Shown here: positions 12,423-25,517 of the stretch, in pieces
Position numbering within the stretch: position 1 is the stretch's first letter
Layout of the letters: each line of letters opens with the position of its first letter
DNA from: Octopus sinensis
Taxonomy: Eukaryota
DNA: 64,000 nt
Reading direction: 5' to 3'
NCBI RefSeq assembly: GCF_006345805.1
Contig: NC_042998.1
Location: 131,378,001-131,442,000 of the forward strand
Made by a program: the position numbers and the translations under genes
Notes under the pieces: generated by a model
Told to the model about the DNA's origin: nothing
Database searches by the model: none
What the model saw: the letters and a program-made list of their open reading frames with translations, nothing else

Positions 12423-13203
12423 ACATAAATATATGCATATAAGGTAAAATTATTTTATTATGTTTTATTTTTTCAATTATAAAACACCACTGAATTATTA
12501 CTAAAATTATACACATTTTGTTTTCTGTTTATTTTCGTGGTTTATCCAGTGGCATGATCTACTTATCTTTAATTATAATGCCTATTCTTAACTTCTCACG
12601 TTGTTCATGGTTTAGTCGTCGTTAAATGATGTTGCTACTGTTGTTCTGGTTTTGTGTATGGTTGCTTTCTCAATTTTTTTTTATTCCTGTCTTAGCAACA
12701 GATCCACGTTTTATTTATTTCCTTTCCCATCCCTCCCTTTCTTTCCTCGTTTCTTTCTTACTGTATTTAACTACTTTCTTTCTGCTTTTCACTTTCTTTT
12801 CTTTCATTCTGTCTTCTTCTCTCTCTTTCGTACTTTATTCTGGTCCATGATCTTTTGCATGTATATTTATCTTTAATATATTATTCAGACAGATGTCTTC
12901 ATCTTGATTCTTGCCTCATTCCCTGTGAAACGTATACGTTTCGCCTATACACGCTCTAGCTTCTTCGGATGTCTTTTGATTCAATCAGTACCTTGTCTGG
13001 GATTGAATTCAAAACTTGCATTAACCAGCGCCTTTATCCTCTACGCTGTGACCGTAAGCCATATCAGATAATTTTTAAGGCGTATAAACCACCACTGATG
13101 TCTTACGTCTGTTCCGTACTGATTAGCTAATACAATTCTGTATTTTCCAAGGTAAGGTATTAATATCATGAATTAGTAGTATCCTCCTCTTGATCGTTGC
13201 TGT

Positions 13204-13244
13204 CACTACGTTTCGGCTGAGTACCCTCTAACGTTATTCAGGCT
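13204..13244 (-). ncRNA. Decayed hammerhead-like motif related to family D
   Basis: Minus: CAGC-CTGAATA-ACGTTAGAGGGTACTCAGCC-GAA-ACGT-A-GTGAC; core and stem II damaged. Confidence 0.35.
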
Positions 13245-13314
13245 GATTTTCTCTTTTAAACATTTATGTTGTTCAACTGCTTCTTGCTGCTCTTGTTATT
13301 TCATTTACCTCTAT

Positions 13315-13510
13315 ACTGGTTTCAAATTTTGGTCCAACGCGAGAAATTTGGTGGGTGAGATAAGTCGTTTACATCGACATCAGGACTCAAATGGCACTTA
13401 TTTTATCGACCCCGAAAGGATGAAAAGCAAAGTCGGCTTCAGCGGAATTTGAACTCAAATTATTAAGACGGACGAAATGCCGCTAATCGTTATACCCAGC
13501 TTACTAACCA
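13315..13510 (-). mobile_element. SINE family B
   Basis: 'ttatcgaccccgaaaggatgaaaagcaaagtcggcttcagcggaatttgaactc' body motif. Confidence 0.8.
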
Positions 13511-14641
13511 TTATGCTAACTATCTGCCTTCGTTTAGCCTTGTATTAACCGTAATTAATCAGACGCATTCCAGTTAAGGCCAACTCCAAAGGTTCTGGGT
13601 AAGAGCAAATGCAACTAGATTATCCAATGCGTCTTTATTTAAGACAGTAAAGTGTGATTTGATGGAGATTTAGCTGATTTCACTTGCTGCATTAACTAAT
13701 GGGTTAATTAATCACATTATGGTAGCCTGGATGATTTCGGCTGTTGTTAATGCTAATTTTCTGTTACTATCAACTTAACCATTGACTTGGCCGTGTACTC
13801 AAGTATATGCGTGTGTATGTGTTTGTGTATGTATGCACGTGTATGTTTATGTATATATCTGTAATTGTGTGTACACACAAAGCGAGAGAGAGAGAGAAAA
13901 GGGGACATGACCTTGATATGGGCATTTCTTTATTTCATGTTACATATGTTTCAGAATTCGATAATTAACAACTGTTATCATACTGAATACAGAAATTTAT
14001 GTAACATGAAATAAAGAAATACCATGCAGATGTCTATATTTTGTTTTTCTTTCGTTATATGCTCTATACATCGCGTTATAGCTTCTTTCGGACCGTGTAT
14101 AACCCTATGGAACACACAATGGAGGGAGTTTAACGTGATTATTAATAAGAGCTGCAACCAGAACGATAAATTTGTGGTGCACTCAGCGCATCCCTTTCAA
14201 CTACGTGTGTGTCTTTTCTGAAGTTTGCTGATCTTATTTCTGTATAGCTGCAGGTTATTCCTGATACAGCTAGCGTTGAGTTTACTGTGATTATTGTTGT
14301 GGTTCCACTGGTCAGCCTTCGGTTGTCGGCGAAAAGAGAAGGCACGACCAACAAGCCTACCATCCCATTTATATCATGCTCACCAATGTTGAGGACGACG
14401 TTACGCTACCCGATATGCAGTGATGAATCGAATGGTATGCTGTCGCTAGGATGATGCATGTAGGAGTTAATTATTTTTATTCTTGTTGAAGCTATTATGG
14501 ATGCTCTGAGATGGTTTTGGATGTAATGGGGTGTTCAGGGATATATGTGAGTTAGTGACATCAAGGACTAACCTTGCTTCCTTTTTTTTTTCCTTTTTTT
14601 TTTTGACGGAGTACAAAATTTCTATTTGATATCGCACCATT

Positions 14642-14860
14642 TGAAGGCGGTGAGCTGGCAGAATGGTTAGCACGCCGAGCCAAAAGCCTAGTTGCATTTC
14701 GTCTGTCCTTACGTTCTGAGTTCAAATTCCGCTGAGATCGACTTTTCCTTTCATCCTTTCAGGGTCGATGAAATAAGTATCAGTTACTCATTGGGGTTGA
14801 CGTAATCGACCATACCCCACCCTCAAAGTTTCAGGCTTTGTGCCTGTAGTAGAAATGGTA
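14642..14860 (+). mobile_element. SINE family B, full length
   Basis: tRNA-like head 'gaaggcggtgagctggcagaatggttagcacgccg...gagttcaaattcc' with A/B-box-like motifs. Confidence 0.85.
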
Positions 14861-14877
14861 CTACTCCACTTGTTAAG

Positions 14878-15180
14878 GTGCGTGGCTTAGTGGTTAGGGA
14901 TAAGATCGTAAGTTCGATTCCCGGCGATGCATTGTGTGCTTCAGTAACACACTTTACTTCTTATTGCTCCAGTCCACTCAGCTGGCAAAAATGAGTAATA
15001 CCTGTAATTCAAAGGACCAACCTTGTCGCATTCTGTGCCACTCTGAATCTCCCTAAGAACTACGTTAAGGCTAGGGGTGTCTGTGGAATGCTCAACCACT
15101 TGCACGTTAATTTCATGAGCAAGCTGTTTCACTGATCGGATCTACTGAAACCTTCGCCATCGTAGCCGACGGAGTGCCAA
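14878..15180 (+). mobile_element. tRNA-derived SINE family C
   Basis: Head 'ggtgcgtggcttagtggttaggg...agttcgattcccggc'; homologous to 63722-64000 (minus). Confidence 0.8.
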
Positions 15181-15901
15181 TTTATTACCCTACTTGAAGG
15201 TTTTTGTCCAGCTTCTTAATTTTTAAACTTTTGATAGGAGTAATTATAGATGTTAATAAATCTCATGATCTATTGATACCATGTAGTATATTAGTGTGGT
15301 ATTTAATGGAATAGAAGCATTTCGGTTTTTTAGATTCCCTTACTACTTTCTTTATGCTTGATGGAATGCAAGAGATCAAAATAGCGGTCAAGTTATGACT
15401 AAATTTTTGTGTTCTCTTTATTTTTATTTATCAATCTATTTAATTTTGTTCATGTTCTTGCCTTCGTGTTTTTTAGAAGCTGATTTAGAAAAATCAATTC
15501 CTGAGGGCATTTGCATGATGTTTCAGTTTGTGTATATTACTTTAAATTATTATTTTGTTATGAGTTGTGGTGTGACCATTTTCCTTTTTGATGATGAGGC
15601 TAGTTATTCTTTTTTAGTATTTTCTCTTAATTTTAAGGTTTGCATTAAACAAAACTATTTGCCAGGATGCTGTTTTTCTATACTTTGTTTATTGTATTTT
15701 GAGGTTTTTGGGCATTGTGTTTAAACATGTCATTATTTCTTTTTTATGAAGTTGGCTCTTTTAACTTTACAATTATTGTGGTACTTTTGGCGTTGCCTCA
15801 TGAAATATATTTTTATATATTTTATAGATATATATTATAATTACTTTGTTGGATATATATGTCTGTATGTGTATGTGTATTTGTATATATGTCTATATAT
15901 A

Positions 15902-15986
<85 letters not shown>

Positions 15987-16044
15987 TGTACATACATATC
16001 TCTCTTTTCTCTCTCTCTTTCCCTCTCTCTCTCTCTCTCTTTCA

Positions 16045-16108
<64 letters not shown>

Positions 16109-16747
16109 CATATATATAATCTCCCTCTGTCTCTTTGAGTGTCAATGATGGTGGATTCAGTGTTGTTGAATTTTGAAAACCCCTTAATATGTTCCTTAGC
16201 TAACTCGTGCCATTATACTTTTTGGGCGGTTTTTTCATACTGAAACTTTTAAAAGTACTTTTACCTTCTTCATTGATGTGCAAAGGCGTCGGGGAATTTT
16301 GGATAATATCATTGTCATGTAACTGTGGTAGTTAGATGTGTAGGAAAAAAGAGGTAATGGTTTGAGCGTGTGTTGCTGCTGATTGCTAGTGATATATAGG
16401 GAGTTTAGCTATAATGCTGTTTTTTATTATTTCAAAAATGGATAATACGAACATCAATGATTTAATAATGATGGAGTGTGCGCTTAAAAGTTTTGTTGTG
16501 TTGGTCTGTAACCCAATACCACGACAATGGCTGATGAGATTGGTGGTGGTATATTTTGTGGTCTCACTCGCTCTGAGACGGTTATCTCTCCTGACACTGC
16601 ATAGATATATGCTTTTTGCGACTCTAAAGGTCTTTAACTCTTATTTCTAGCAATGTAAGTGCTACCCTGCACTCTCAGTCACAATTACTGACAACTGAAT
16701 ACTTCCTTTTTGGTTTTATATTGCATATAACCGCCTTCATTATATAT

Positions 16748-16880
16748 ATCAACATATAAATCCACTCACAAGGCTTTTGTTGGCCCGAGGCTATAGTAGA
16801 AGATACTTGCCCAAGGTGCCAAGCAGTGGGATTGAATCCGGAACCATGAAGTTGGGAAGCAAGCCTCTTATCACAATGAA
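16748..16880 (-). mobile_element. SINE family A head fragment
   Basis: 'ccactcacaaggcttttgttggcccgaggctatagtagaagatacttgcccaaggtgcc'. Confidence 0.8.
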
Positions 16881-17119
16881 GTGCTGGTTGAGTAAAGAGC
16901 GATAGTAAGAAAGAGAGATGACAGAGGAACAAATCTTATGATATACAATGAAGCTATAAAGTGTTATTTAGGCACTCAATTATGAATCCACTGCATCTTG
17001 TAACAGAAACAACTGCTAGCTAATGACATTCATAAGATAATCAATTATTCTTTGTCGTCTCTCTTTCTTATATATATATATATCCTTGTGTGAGAAACGT
17101 TTATTTTCGAATACATTTT

Positions 17120-17321
17120 GTTCAGTCCCGACAAAATAGGAAGGGAGGTAAGAAGAATGCTTCCAGTTTTCACTTTCAAGATTTCTCGGTATCGTGCACG
17201 AGTGCGCCGAGTTATGCGGCCGGTTGATTGCCGGGGAGTAAGTCTGAGTACGACGAAGACCACGAGTGTGTGTGTCCGTGTGTTATCGACGAGGCACGAA
17301 GCGGCGATTTCACTTTCAAGA
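17120..17321 (+). promoter_or_regulatory. Candidate promoter / first-exon region with paired IRF-type sites
   Basis: CpG-rich unique island; TCAGT Inr-like motif at 17122; donors GAG|GTAAGA (17148) and GGA|GTAAGT (17238); TTTCACTTTCAAGA at 17168 and 17308. Confidence 0.4.
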
Positions 17322-17579
17322 GTATTGTTCTGATAATGTAATTTCTTTTGAGAATTTTTCTCAATTACCTACAAATGTTCTTTTATTGTTGATTGTGTGA
17401 ATATTTCGAAGACTTTCCTTGATATTTACATTTCAACGCACTTTCAGCGTAGGTTTCAGAGCCTGATTTGTGTTGAGCTGATTCGTAACCAGTTTCGTTT
17501 TCTGATGGCGTTTGTAGGTATGAAAAATACTTCCATATGCCAAGTAATATTCTTTGATATTCTATTCTTAAATAATTGT

Positions 17580-17775
17580 TTCCAAATTCTTGGCACAAGG
17601 CCAACAATTTCGAGAGGAGTAATTCGAATAGATCGATCCTGGTATTCAACTGGTACTTATTTTATCGACTCCGAAAGGATAAAAAGAAAATCGACCACCG
17701 CAGAACTTGAACTGAGGACATAAAAAAAAAACGTGCAAAATGCCGGTATAGTAACGATTCTGCCAGTTCATCGCT
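17580..17775 (-). mobile_element. SINE family B
   Basis: 'ggtacttattttatcgactccgaaaggataaaaagaaaatcgaccaccgcagaacttgaactgag'. Confidence 0.75.
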
Positions 17776-17929
17776 TTAATTCTATACCTAAATAATACAT
17801 TTACTATTAGTTTATCTTGTATATTTAACTATTTTTGAAGACGTATTTTTGAGGATTATTTGTCTTCTGTTTCTTGCAACTCAAGTGTCTGCTTAGAAGT
17901 CTCCTCGTTAATAATGTAGGTATTGATGA

Positions 17930-19352
17930 TGGTGATGTAATGAAATGGAGGAAAGGAGAGAAATAATGAAACGTGAGAAAAAGAGAGAAATGATAATAGG
18001 AGACAGATGACATTGAGTTTATGGTGCGATAATAGTAATGGAGAGAGACTATCGTACGAAATGGCGGTCATGCGGTGGGTCGCTATCCAATGTCATCGTA
18101 ATGATGTGAGGCTGAGAGAAATAATTTTAATGATAGAGGTGGAGATGTTGGTGATGAAAAGACTAGTTATCATCGTCGTCGTTGTCATAATATCGATGAT
18201 ATTGATATTTATGACGATAATGTTGGTAGTGATAAGTAGGTTGACATGGATAATTATTGCAATAGTTATGAAAATGATAATGACAAAAAGGATGGCGACG
18301 ATGTAACTGAGACGACCACCGCGACTACCACACGAGGGCGACGATGAAGACAACACGACGACGACGACACGATGACAATAATGTGCTAAAAGAAGGATAA
18401 AGAATGTGAAGTAAGAAGAGTAGGTTGCGTATGACAAAGTGAGATATGGTCCTTCAATGAGAGGCAAAGACATTTCAAGAGTAATGGTCACTGTCGTAGT
18501 GTTAATGGTACTAATGTTAGCTGTGGCAGTGGTGATGTAAGTGATATTGGTTGTGGTGGTGATGGTGGTGGTGGCGGCGGTTGCGGCAGCGGTGACGGCA
18601 GCGGTGGTGGTAATGGTAATGCCGCAGTTGTAGTGGTGGCTTCGTTTGGATTGGTAATGGTGGCACTAAATTATTAGTGATCGTGATGGCAATGGTGGTG
18701 GTGGTGGTGGTGGTGGTGGTGGTGGTGGTAGTGGTTGGGGTTGGAATGGTAGGGATTGTAGTACTGAATGTAGTACTCGTGCTGATAGCAGTTGTGTTGT
18801 TTGTAGCAGTAGGATTGTGGTGATGGTGGTAGTAGCAATTGCAACACTGGCACTGGTGCTTGTGCTGGTAGTGATCATGGTGTCGGCGGTAGCAGTGTTT
18901 GTGGTACTGTGGTGGTGTTGTATGTGTTGGTAGTAGTGGTTCTGGTGAGATTACTGATACTTGTGGTATTGTTGGAGGTGACAGTCACGGTTGTAGTGTT
19001 GGTGTAGTGTTAGGAGTAGCAGAACGTTACGGGGCCAATGGCAGTGTAGATGCTAGGCGAGGGTAGCATGAGTGGTAGAGGCGGTGGTGGCGGTGAGGTT
19101 GGCACTGGTGTTGGTGTAGAAACGACTGGTATACATCGCCTTATCGTTAACGATGTATGAAAATATTTAAACGGCCATTATGCTCTCTCTCTCTTGTGGC
19201 TTTTGTAGGCAAGGTATGCTTGTTTGACTGTTTGTCTTTTTGTTTTTGCTTTGTACTTTAATCTATTATTATTATTGTTGATGTTGTTGTTGTTGTTGTT
19301 GTTGTTATTACTATTATTATTGTTGTTGTTATTATTATTATTATTATTATTA

Positions 19353-19387
<35 letters not shown>

Positions 19388-19494
19388 GTTATTATTATTG
19401 TGGTTGTTGTTATTGTTCTTGTTGCTATATTATCAATACTACTACTACTACAATAACTACTATCGTCATCATCATTATCATCATCATCATCATC

Positions 19495-19538
<44 letters not shown>

Positions 19539-19570
19539 TTATCATAATCATCATCATCATCTTCATCACC
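17930..19570. repeat. Degenerate trinucleotide low-complexity tracts (GAT/GAC/GGT/TTA/TCA)
   Basis: Visible periodic sequence; homopolymeric translations. Confidence 0.85.
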
Positions 19571-19924
19571 ATGTTTGTTAAGTCTGCATCTGTTTCCACT
19601 TTCTAGAATTGCTTTCTTCTGATAGTGGAATATTCCTTTTTTTTTCTTCTTCTTATTTATTATTTATTATTGTACAAAAGAGGGAATAGTTAAGCTTTTT
19701 TGTTTTTGTTTTTTATTTGTTTTTAGAAAACACTTTAGAAGCACAAAGTGACAATAGAGAACTTTTGAAAGACGTGGTCGAGTAGAAAAAAAAAGCTTAA
19801 AGAGAAGAAAATAAGAAGGAAATTGACTTCCCTTTCTTTAATTTTTTTTTATTTTAGTTATTTTACTGTTAGCTTATGTATGTGTATATATATTATATAT
19901 ATAGATATAGATATAGATAGATAT

Positions 19925-19979
<55 letters not shown>

Positions 19980-19997
19980 CATACATACATACATACA

Positions 19998-20033
<36 letters not shown>

Positions 20034-20284
20034 TATACATACATACATATCTATGTGTGTGTGTAATATATATATATTTGCACACACACGTGCACTCCCA
20101 CATTCATATATTTGTATCTATGTATGTACGTTCGAATCTGGGTATATGCATATGTGTACGCATGGATACAGGCATGAATACATATACATGCGTATGAGTG
20201 TATGTTATATAAAATGTGACCTCGTGTGTACCGTTTGTCGATTTTTTTTTCCTGTGTCTTCCCTCTCTGGATCTTCCTTCTCTT

Positions 20285-20318
20285 ATTTCGACGAAGAGCT
20301 CCGCTCGAAACGTTAAAC
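20285..20318 (+). ncRNA. Hammerhead motif (family A-HHR), 1-nt deletion in core
   Basis: ATTT-CGACGA-A-GAGC-TCC-GCTC-GAA-ACGT-T-AAAC. Confidence 0.55.
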
Positions 20319-20419
20319 CCTCCTCCTTTCCTTCTTTCCTCTGCGCGTTCAATAATACTGTATTTGTTCCACATCCTCGCGTTGTTGTGTTTTTTTTTTG
20401 TTTTTTTTGTTGGATTAAC

Positions 20420-20461
<42 letters not shown>

Positions 20462-20503
20462 CAATCAACAGACAGACAGACGAGACAGACAGACATACAG
20501 ACC

Positions 20504-20559
<56 letters not shown>

Positions 20560-20609
20560 CATACATACATACATACATACCTAGATACATTCATACATGC
20601 ATATAGATA

Positions 20610-21107
20610 TCTATATATATAAAACTGTAGTTGTGTGAGTGTCTGTCCCCTCGATTTAGATTCACTACTCCCCACATTTTGCGGTGCAGTTTAACCAATT
20701 CGGGTATCTTATAGTCGTGATTCATATCGAGCCCGTCTGAGTATTAGCGCGCGTCTACGATGATCTACGATGAGTCTACGATTTTAAAAATAATTTAACA
20801 TCATTTTTTATTCCTTTAATGCATATTTTTCGTGTGTCAGGCGGCGGAGTTGGCGTACATGGTCACACCTGCACCGTTTGCTTCTCCCCCCTTCTTCCTC
20901 CCTCGTGAAGCTGTGGGGAAGGAGTGTAGGAATCAACGTCGTAAGCGTTGCCAGGAGACGCGTTCTTTTAGAACAACGACTTCATGGCTTGAAGACACCA
21001 AAACAGAAATGGCTAAGAAAGCCCGAATGGCATCTATAAGGGAGTAACTCTCAAAGTGCTTATATATTATTTCCCTAAATCCGAGCAACGCCGGGCGATA
21101 CTGCTAG
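20610..21107 (+). mobile_element. Non-autonomous Helitron
   Basis: A|TC 5' end (TCTATATATATAAAA); 3' end 'gcaacgccgggcgatactgCTAG|T'. Confidence 0.8.
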
Positions 21108-21451
21108 TTTATATATACATAAATACATACACAGTTATGTATGCACATAATAATAAACATGCAGCCAGTTTTATAAATATATGTATTTATGAATCCGCAT
21201 GTGTGTGTGTCGGTGTCTATGAGAATGTATATATATATATATTTGCACACACACGCGCACTCCCCATTCATATATTTGTATCTATGTATGTACGTTCGAA
21301 TCTGGGTATATGCATATGTGTACGCATGGATACAGGCATGAATACAGATACATGCGTATGAGTGTATGTATATATAAAATGTGACCTCGTGTGTACCGTT
21401 GGCGATTTTTTTTCCTGTGTCTTCCCTTCTCTGGATCTTTCCTTCTCCTAT

Positions 21452-21486
21452 ATTTCCGACGAAGAGCTCCGCTCGAAACGTTAAAC
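21452..21486 (+). ncRNA. Hammerhead motif (family A-HHR), U4C core variant
   Basis: ATTT-CCGACGA-A-GAGC-TCC-GCTC-GAA-ACGT-T-AAAC. Confidence 0.7.
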
Positions 21487-21586
21487 CCTCCTCCTTTCCT
21501 TCTTTCCTGCGCGTCCAATAATACTGTATTTGTTCCACATCCTCGCGTTGTTGTGTTTTTTTTGTGTTTTTTTTGTTTGGATTAAC

Positions 21587-21656
<70 letters not shown>

Positions 21657-21676
21657 GACAGACAGACATACAGACC

Positions 21677-21732
<56 letters not shown>

Positions 21733-21781
21733 CATACATACATACATACATACTAGATACATTCATACATGCATATAGATA

Positions 21782-22293
21782 TCTATATATATAAAACTGT
21801 AGTTGTGTGAGTGTCTGTCCCCTTCGATTTAGATTCCTAACTACTCCCACATTTTGCGGTGCAGTTTAACCCAATTCGGGTATCTTATAGTCGTGATTCA
21901 TATCGAGCCGTCTGAGTATTAGCGCGCGTCTACGATGAGTCTACGATGAGTCTACGATTTTAAAAATAATTAACATCATTTTTATATTCTTTTAATGCAT
22001 AATTTTTCGTGTGTCAATGGCGGCGAGTTGGCGTACATGGTCACACCTGCACTGTTTGCTTCTCCCCCTTCTTCCCCTCCCTCGTGAAGCTGTGGAAGAG
22101 GAGTGAGGAATCAACGTCGTAAAGCGTTGCCAAGGAGACAGCGTTCTTTTAGAACAACGACTCATGGCTTGAAGACACCAAAACAGAATGGCTAAGAAAG
22201 CCCGAATTGGCATCTATAAGGGAGTAACTCTCTAAAAGTGCTTATATAGTTATTTCCCTTACAAATCCGAGCAACGCCGGGCGATACTGCTAG
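21782..22293 (+). mobile_element. Non-autonomous Helitron (duplicate copy)
   Basis: Same termini as 20610-21107. Confidence 0.8.
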
Positions 22294-22413
22294 TTTTATA
22301 TATACATAATACATACAACAGTTATGTATGCACATATTAATATAAACATGCAGCCAGTTTTATAAATATATGTATTTATGAATCCGCATGTGTGTGTGTC
22401 GGTGTCTATGAGA

Positions 22414-22453
<40 letters not shown>

Positions 22454-23412
22454 TTGCGTGTGTGTGTGTGTGTGTATACGTATATTATTTTGTAACAATA
22501 ACTATTTAAATTATTCTGTTTCAACTATGTTTTCTTTTCTTCATAAATTGTTATAAATTATTTATAGCTTGTTACGATCAGTAAAGTTCTCTATTCAATT
22601 ATCGACATTTCTAAATTTTTTTGTACTGTCTCATCCTCAGAGTGAAGTGATTTTGATGTCTGTTGCTATCTCTTTATCGTAGATAAACCCAATGTGATTT
22701 TTGTAGGCATTAAAACTTGAAATTTAAAATATGTTTTTCACGTTTATAAGTCATCAGTCTTGAATGTATTTCCTTTTGTGTGTATTGTGTGGTATCGGTG
22801 TATTTATTTTAGCATTTAATCTGTGTTACGACTATTGTTTCCAACATTTTATAACAATGCATCATGTACCAGCAGAAGAATATCGTACTAGTACAGTCAG
22901 TGTAGCATACTGAGTCGTTTAGTTTACAAATTTAACTTTTGTAATCAAATTTATAGATTGCATTCATATTAGTTTTTCGTTCGTGGGTTTAAAAGCTTTT
23001 TTGTTTTCTATTGATAAGAGGGATTTTAGCTTTTGTAGTTTATACTGTATATCATTAGTATTCGTTTATGCGTAGGTGCAATACATTTTGTGTTCTATTT
23101 TATTTCGATAATGTGTTCATCTGTTTTTATAGTGAAATACATTTGATTTTATATACTAAATTTTGTGTCGTGAATATATGTGTTTTTACTATATATATAT
23201 ATATGTAGTAAGTGTGATATCTGATGCATATTATGCTTTGTATTTTTGTATATATTGCTCTAAGGCTTAACCAATTAGTTTTTTCTATAAATAACTGTTG
23301 CTGACAAGGGTTTCTTTTATTCTCAGAATTATTTTATCTAATTCTTCACTTATGGAGAAAACATTATATTCTCGTGTAGGTAGATATTTTACTGCTTACG
23401 TTGTGTAATATT

Positions 23413-23641
23413 TGTGAGAATATTCTCTATATTTAACGGGAAAGTTTACGAAAATAAACAAAAGACGAAGGCAGGTGGAGTACAAACAAACAGATGTATT
23501 AGTATAGCGCTCAGGAATAGAAATAGAAAAAGTCTTTTACGTTTCGAGCCTACGCTCTTCGACAGAAAGATACACAGAAAAATCAAGGTGAGAAACATGG
23601 GGAGAAAAAAATGCGTGTAGGAGCTAAGGATCTATCATGGC
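23413..23641 (-). mobile_element. Short non-autonomous HHR element (family C)
   Basis: Homologous to 4845-5020, 42680-42850 and the truncated copy at 51370-51430. Confidence 0.75.
23533..23570 (-). ncRNA. Minimal type-I hammerhead, A6U core variant (family C)
   Basis: TCTTT-CTGTCGA-A-GAGC-GTAG-GCTC-GAA-ACGT-A-AAAGA; perfect 5-bp stem I; GUA site. Confidence 0.7.
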
Positions 23642-24843
23642 GTCCTGTTCTGCAACTAGCTCTCTCCAATCAAAGCTTACTGGCTTGTGGTGTACTTAAA
23701 TCAGAAACTACCATTATTATTGCTGCTAATATGTTCTCTATATTTACTTGAGTCTATATATTTCTTTGTGCCTTTCCTGTAGAAGATACGTAAGGTATTA
23801 GTAACTGGTATCTTAAACATTAAAAATTAAAACAATTTAACAAATGAATCTTTATTTAATTGTTGTGCGTACTAAATTTACATAGGGATTGATTGCAAGG
23901 CGTTACACCAAACAATACAAAGCAAAACACGAATACAGGAATGGACAACACATCTGAACTCTATAAAATTTTGTCACCAGAAAAATTAACGGTTAACGAT
24001 TTAAATACAACACAGAAAAATGGCTAAAATATACATAGATACAAAATACTCTAATAAGGAACAAAAGTAAGCAACGGTCAAAATTCAAATTCCAGTCAAA
24101 TGTCTACGCCACTCACATTTATTTTACCTACCGCAAGGAAGCAGCGATACACGCCAACATCAGCTCGCTTTGAAGATGGGATTATGAAGATCTCATAAAA
24201 GAAACATGAAATATCGTTAAAAATGCTAGATAAAAATAGAATTCAAATGTTTTCTTCCAAACGTGGCTAAACAAAATGTATTTTCCTCCATGAATATGTG
24301 AGCGGGTTTGTGCGTATGTTTGTGTGTATCTGTGCATATGTATGCGTGAAGTTCTAATATATATTGAGTATATGAACCTATATACGCATCCTTGCGTTTA
24401 TATGTTACCATATTTTTGTAATATTTTCATGATAAAAATCTGTTTTTTATTGAAGTTGGTTTTATTGTTTACAAATTCATTGTTGACATCTGCTTGCTAT
24501 TTTGTTTGTTTCGTTCTTCTTGTTTCGTTTTTCTTGTTCTGTTGAAACGGCTTGTAAAGATACGCAAATAACCTCAGGAGGTAAATCAAGCACAACATAA
24601 AGGGCAGCGATTAACTTCTAATTTTATGTTTTTATGTGAATTACTGAACGAATATATAGCTTCCTTACTTCAGACACTTGGCAGATTTGTGGAGGCCGTA
24701 ACGAAAAAAAGGACCTGCCTAGAGCACATTAACGTGGTCCCATTAAAGTACATAAGTATATATGTGTGTGAATACATACATTTGCAAATACACACACGCG
24801 CATACACACATACATATACATATAAATACATATATATATATAT

Positions 24844-24951
<108 letters not shown>

Positions 24952-25132
24952 TATATGTATATGTATATATATATATTTATATTTATATTATATATATATA
25001 TAATTTTTACCGAATATGGTCCTTTCCATACCGAAAGACTACTAGGTGAAATCTATTGAGTTTCTTAAATTAATTATATTTCACCCCCTATATGTATATA
25101 TATGTATATATATATATATATGTGTGTATATA

Positions 25133-25228
<96 letters not shown>

Positions 25229-25234
25229 AACAAA

Positions 25235-25409
25235 TAGAGATACCGGAGTAAGCACATAAATGTGAAACAAGGTGGAAAAAAGAGTACTCAAATACCAGAG
25301 GTAGAGTAATATGCTTTATTTAAAAGCAGCAGAAATATAACAAAGCTGTTACTCGGAATTTCACGTTCCCGTTCGTCAGACAGTTTTGTTAACAAAACTG
25401 TCTGACGAA
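25235..25409. mobile_element. Palindromic HHR element (family B), right arm truncated by (TA)n
   Basis: Perfect 38-nt central palindrome 25372-25409; outer part homologous to 6925-7000. Confidence 0.8.
25346..25383 (-). ncRNA. Minimal type-I hammerhead, canonical core (family B)
   Basis: CTGT-CTGACGA-ACG-GGAA-CGT-GAA-ATTC-C-GAGT-A-ACAG. Confidence 0.8.
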
Positions 25410-25416
25410 GTATACA

Positions 25417-25517
<101 letters not shown>

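Larger units (their letters stand above)
20066..22440. repeat. Tandem duplication of a ~1.2-kb unit (20066-21226 / 21227-22440)
   Basis: Both units contain the same HHR element, (GATA)n and Helitron; breakpoints lie in (TA)n. Confidence 0.9.

Noticed and set aside
23783-23794. Apparent micro-exon (ctgtag|AAGATAC|gtaagg or AAGATACGTAAG|gtatta)
   Set aside because: It lies in AT-rich sequence that looks repeat-derived next to an HHR element; splice-like motifs alone are insufficient
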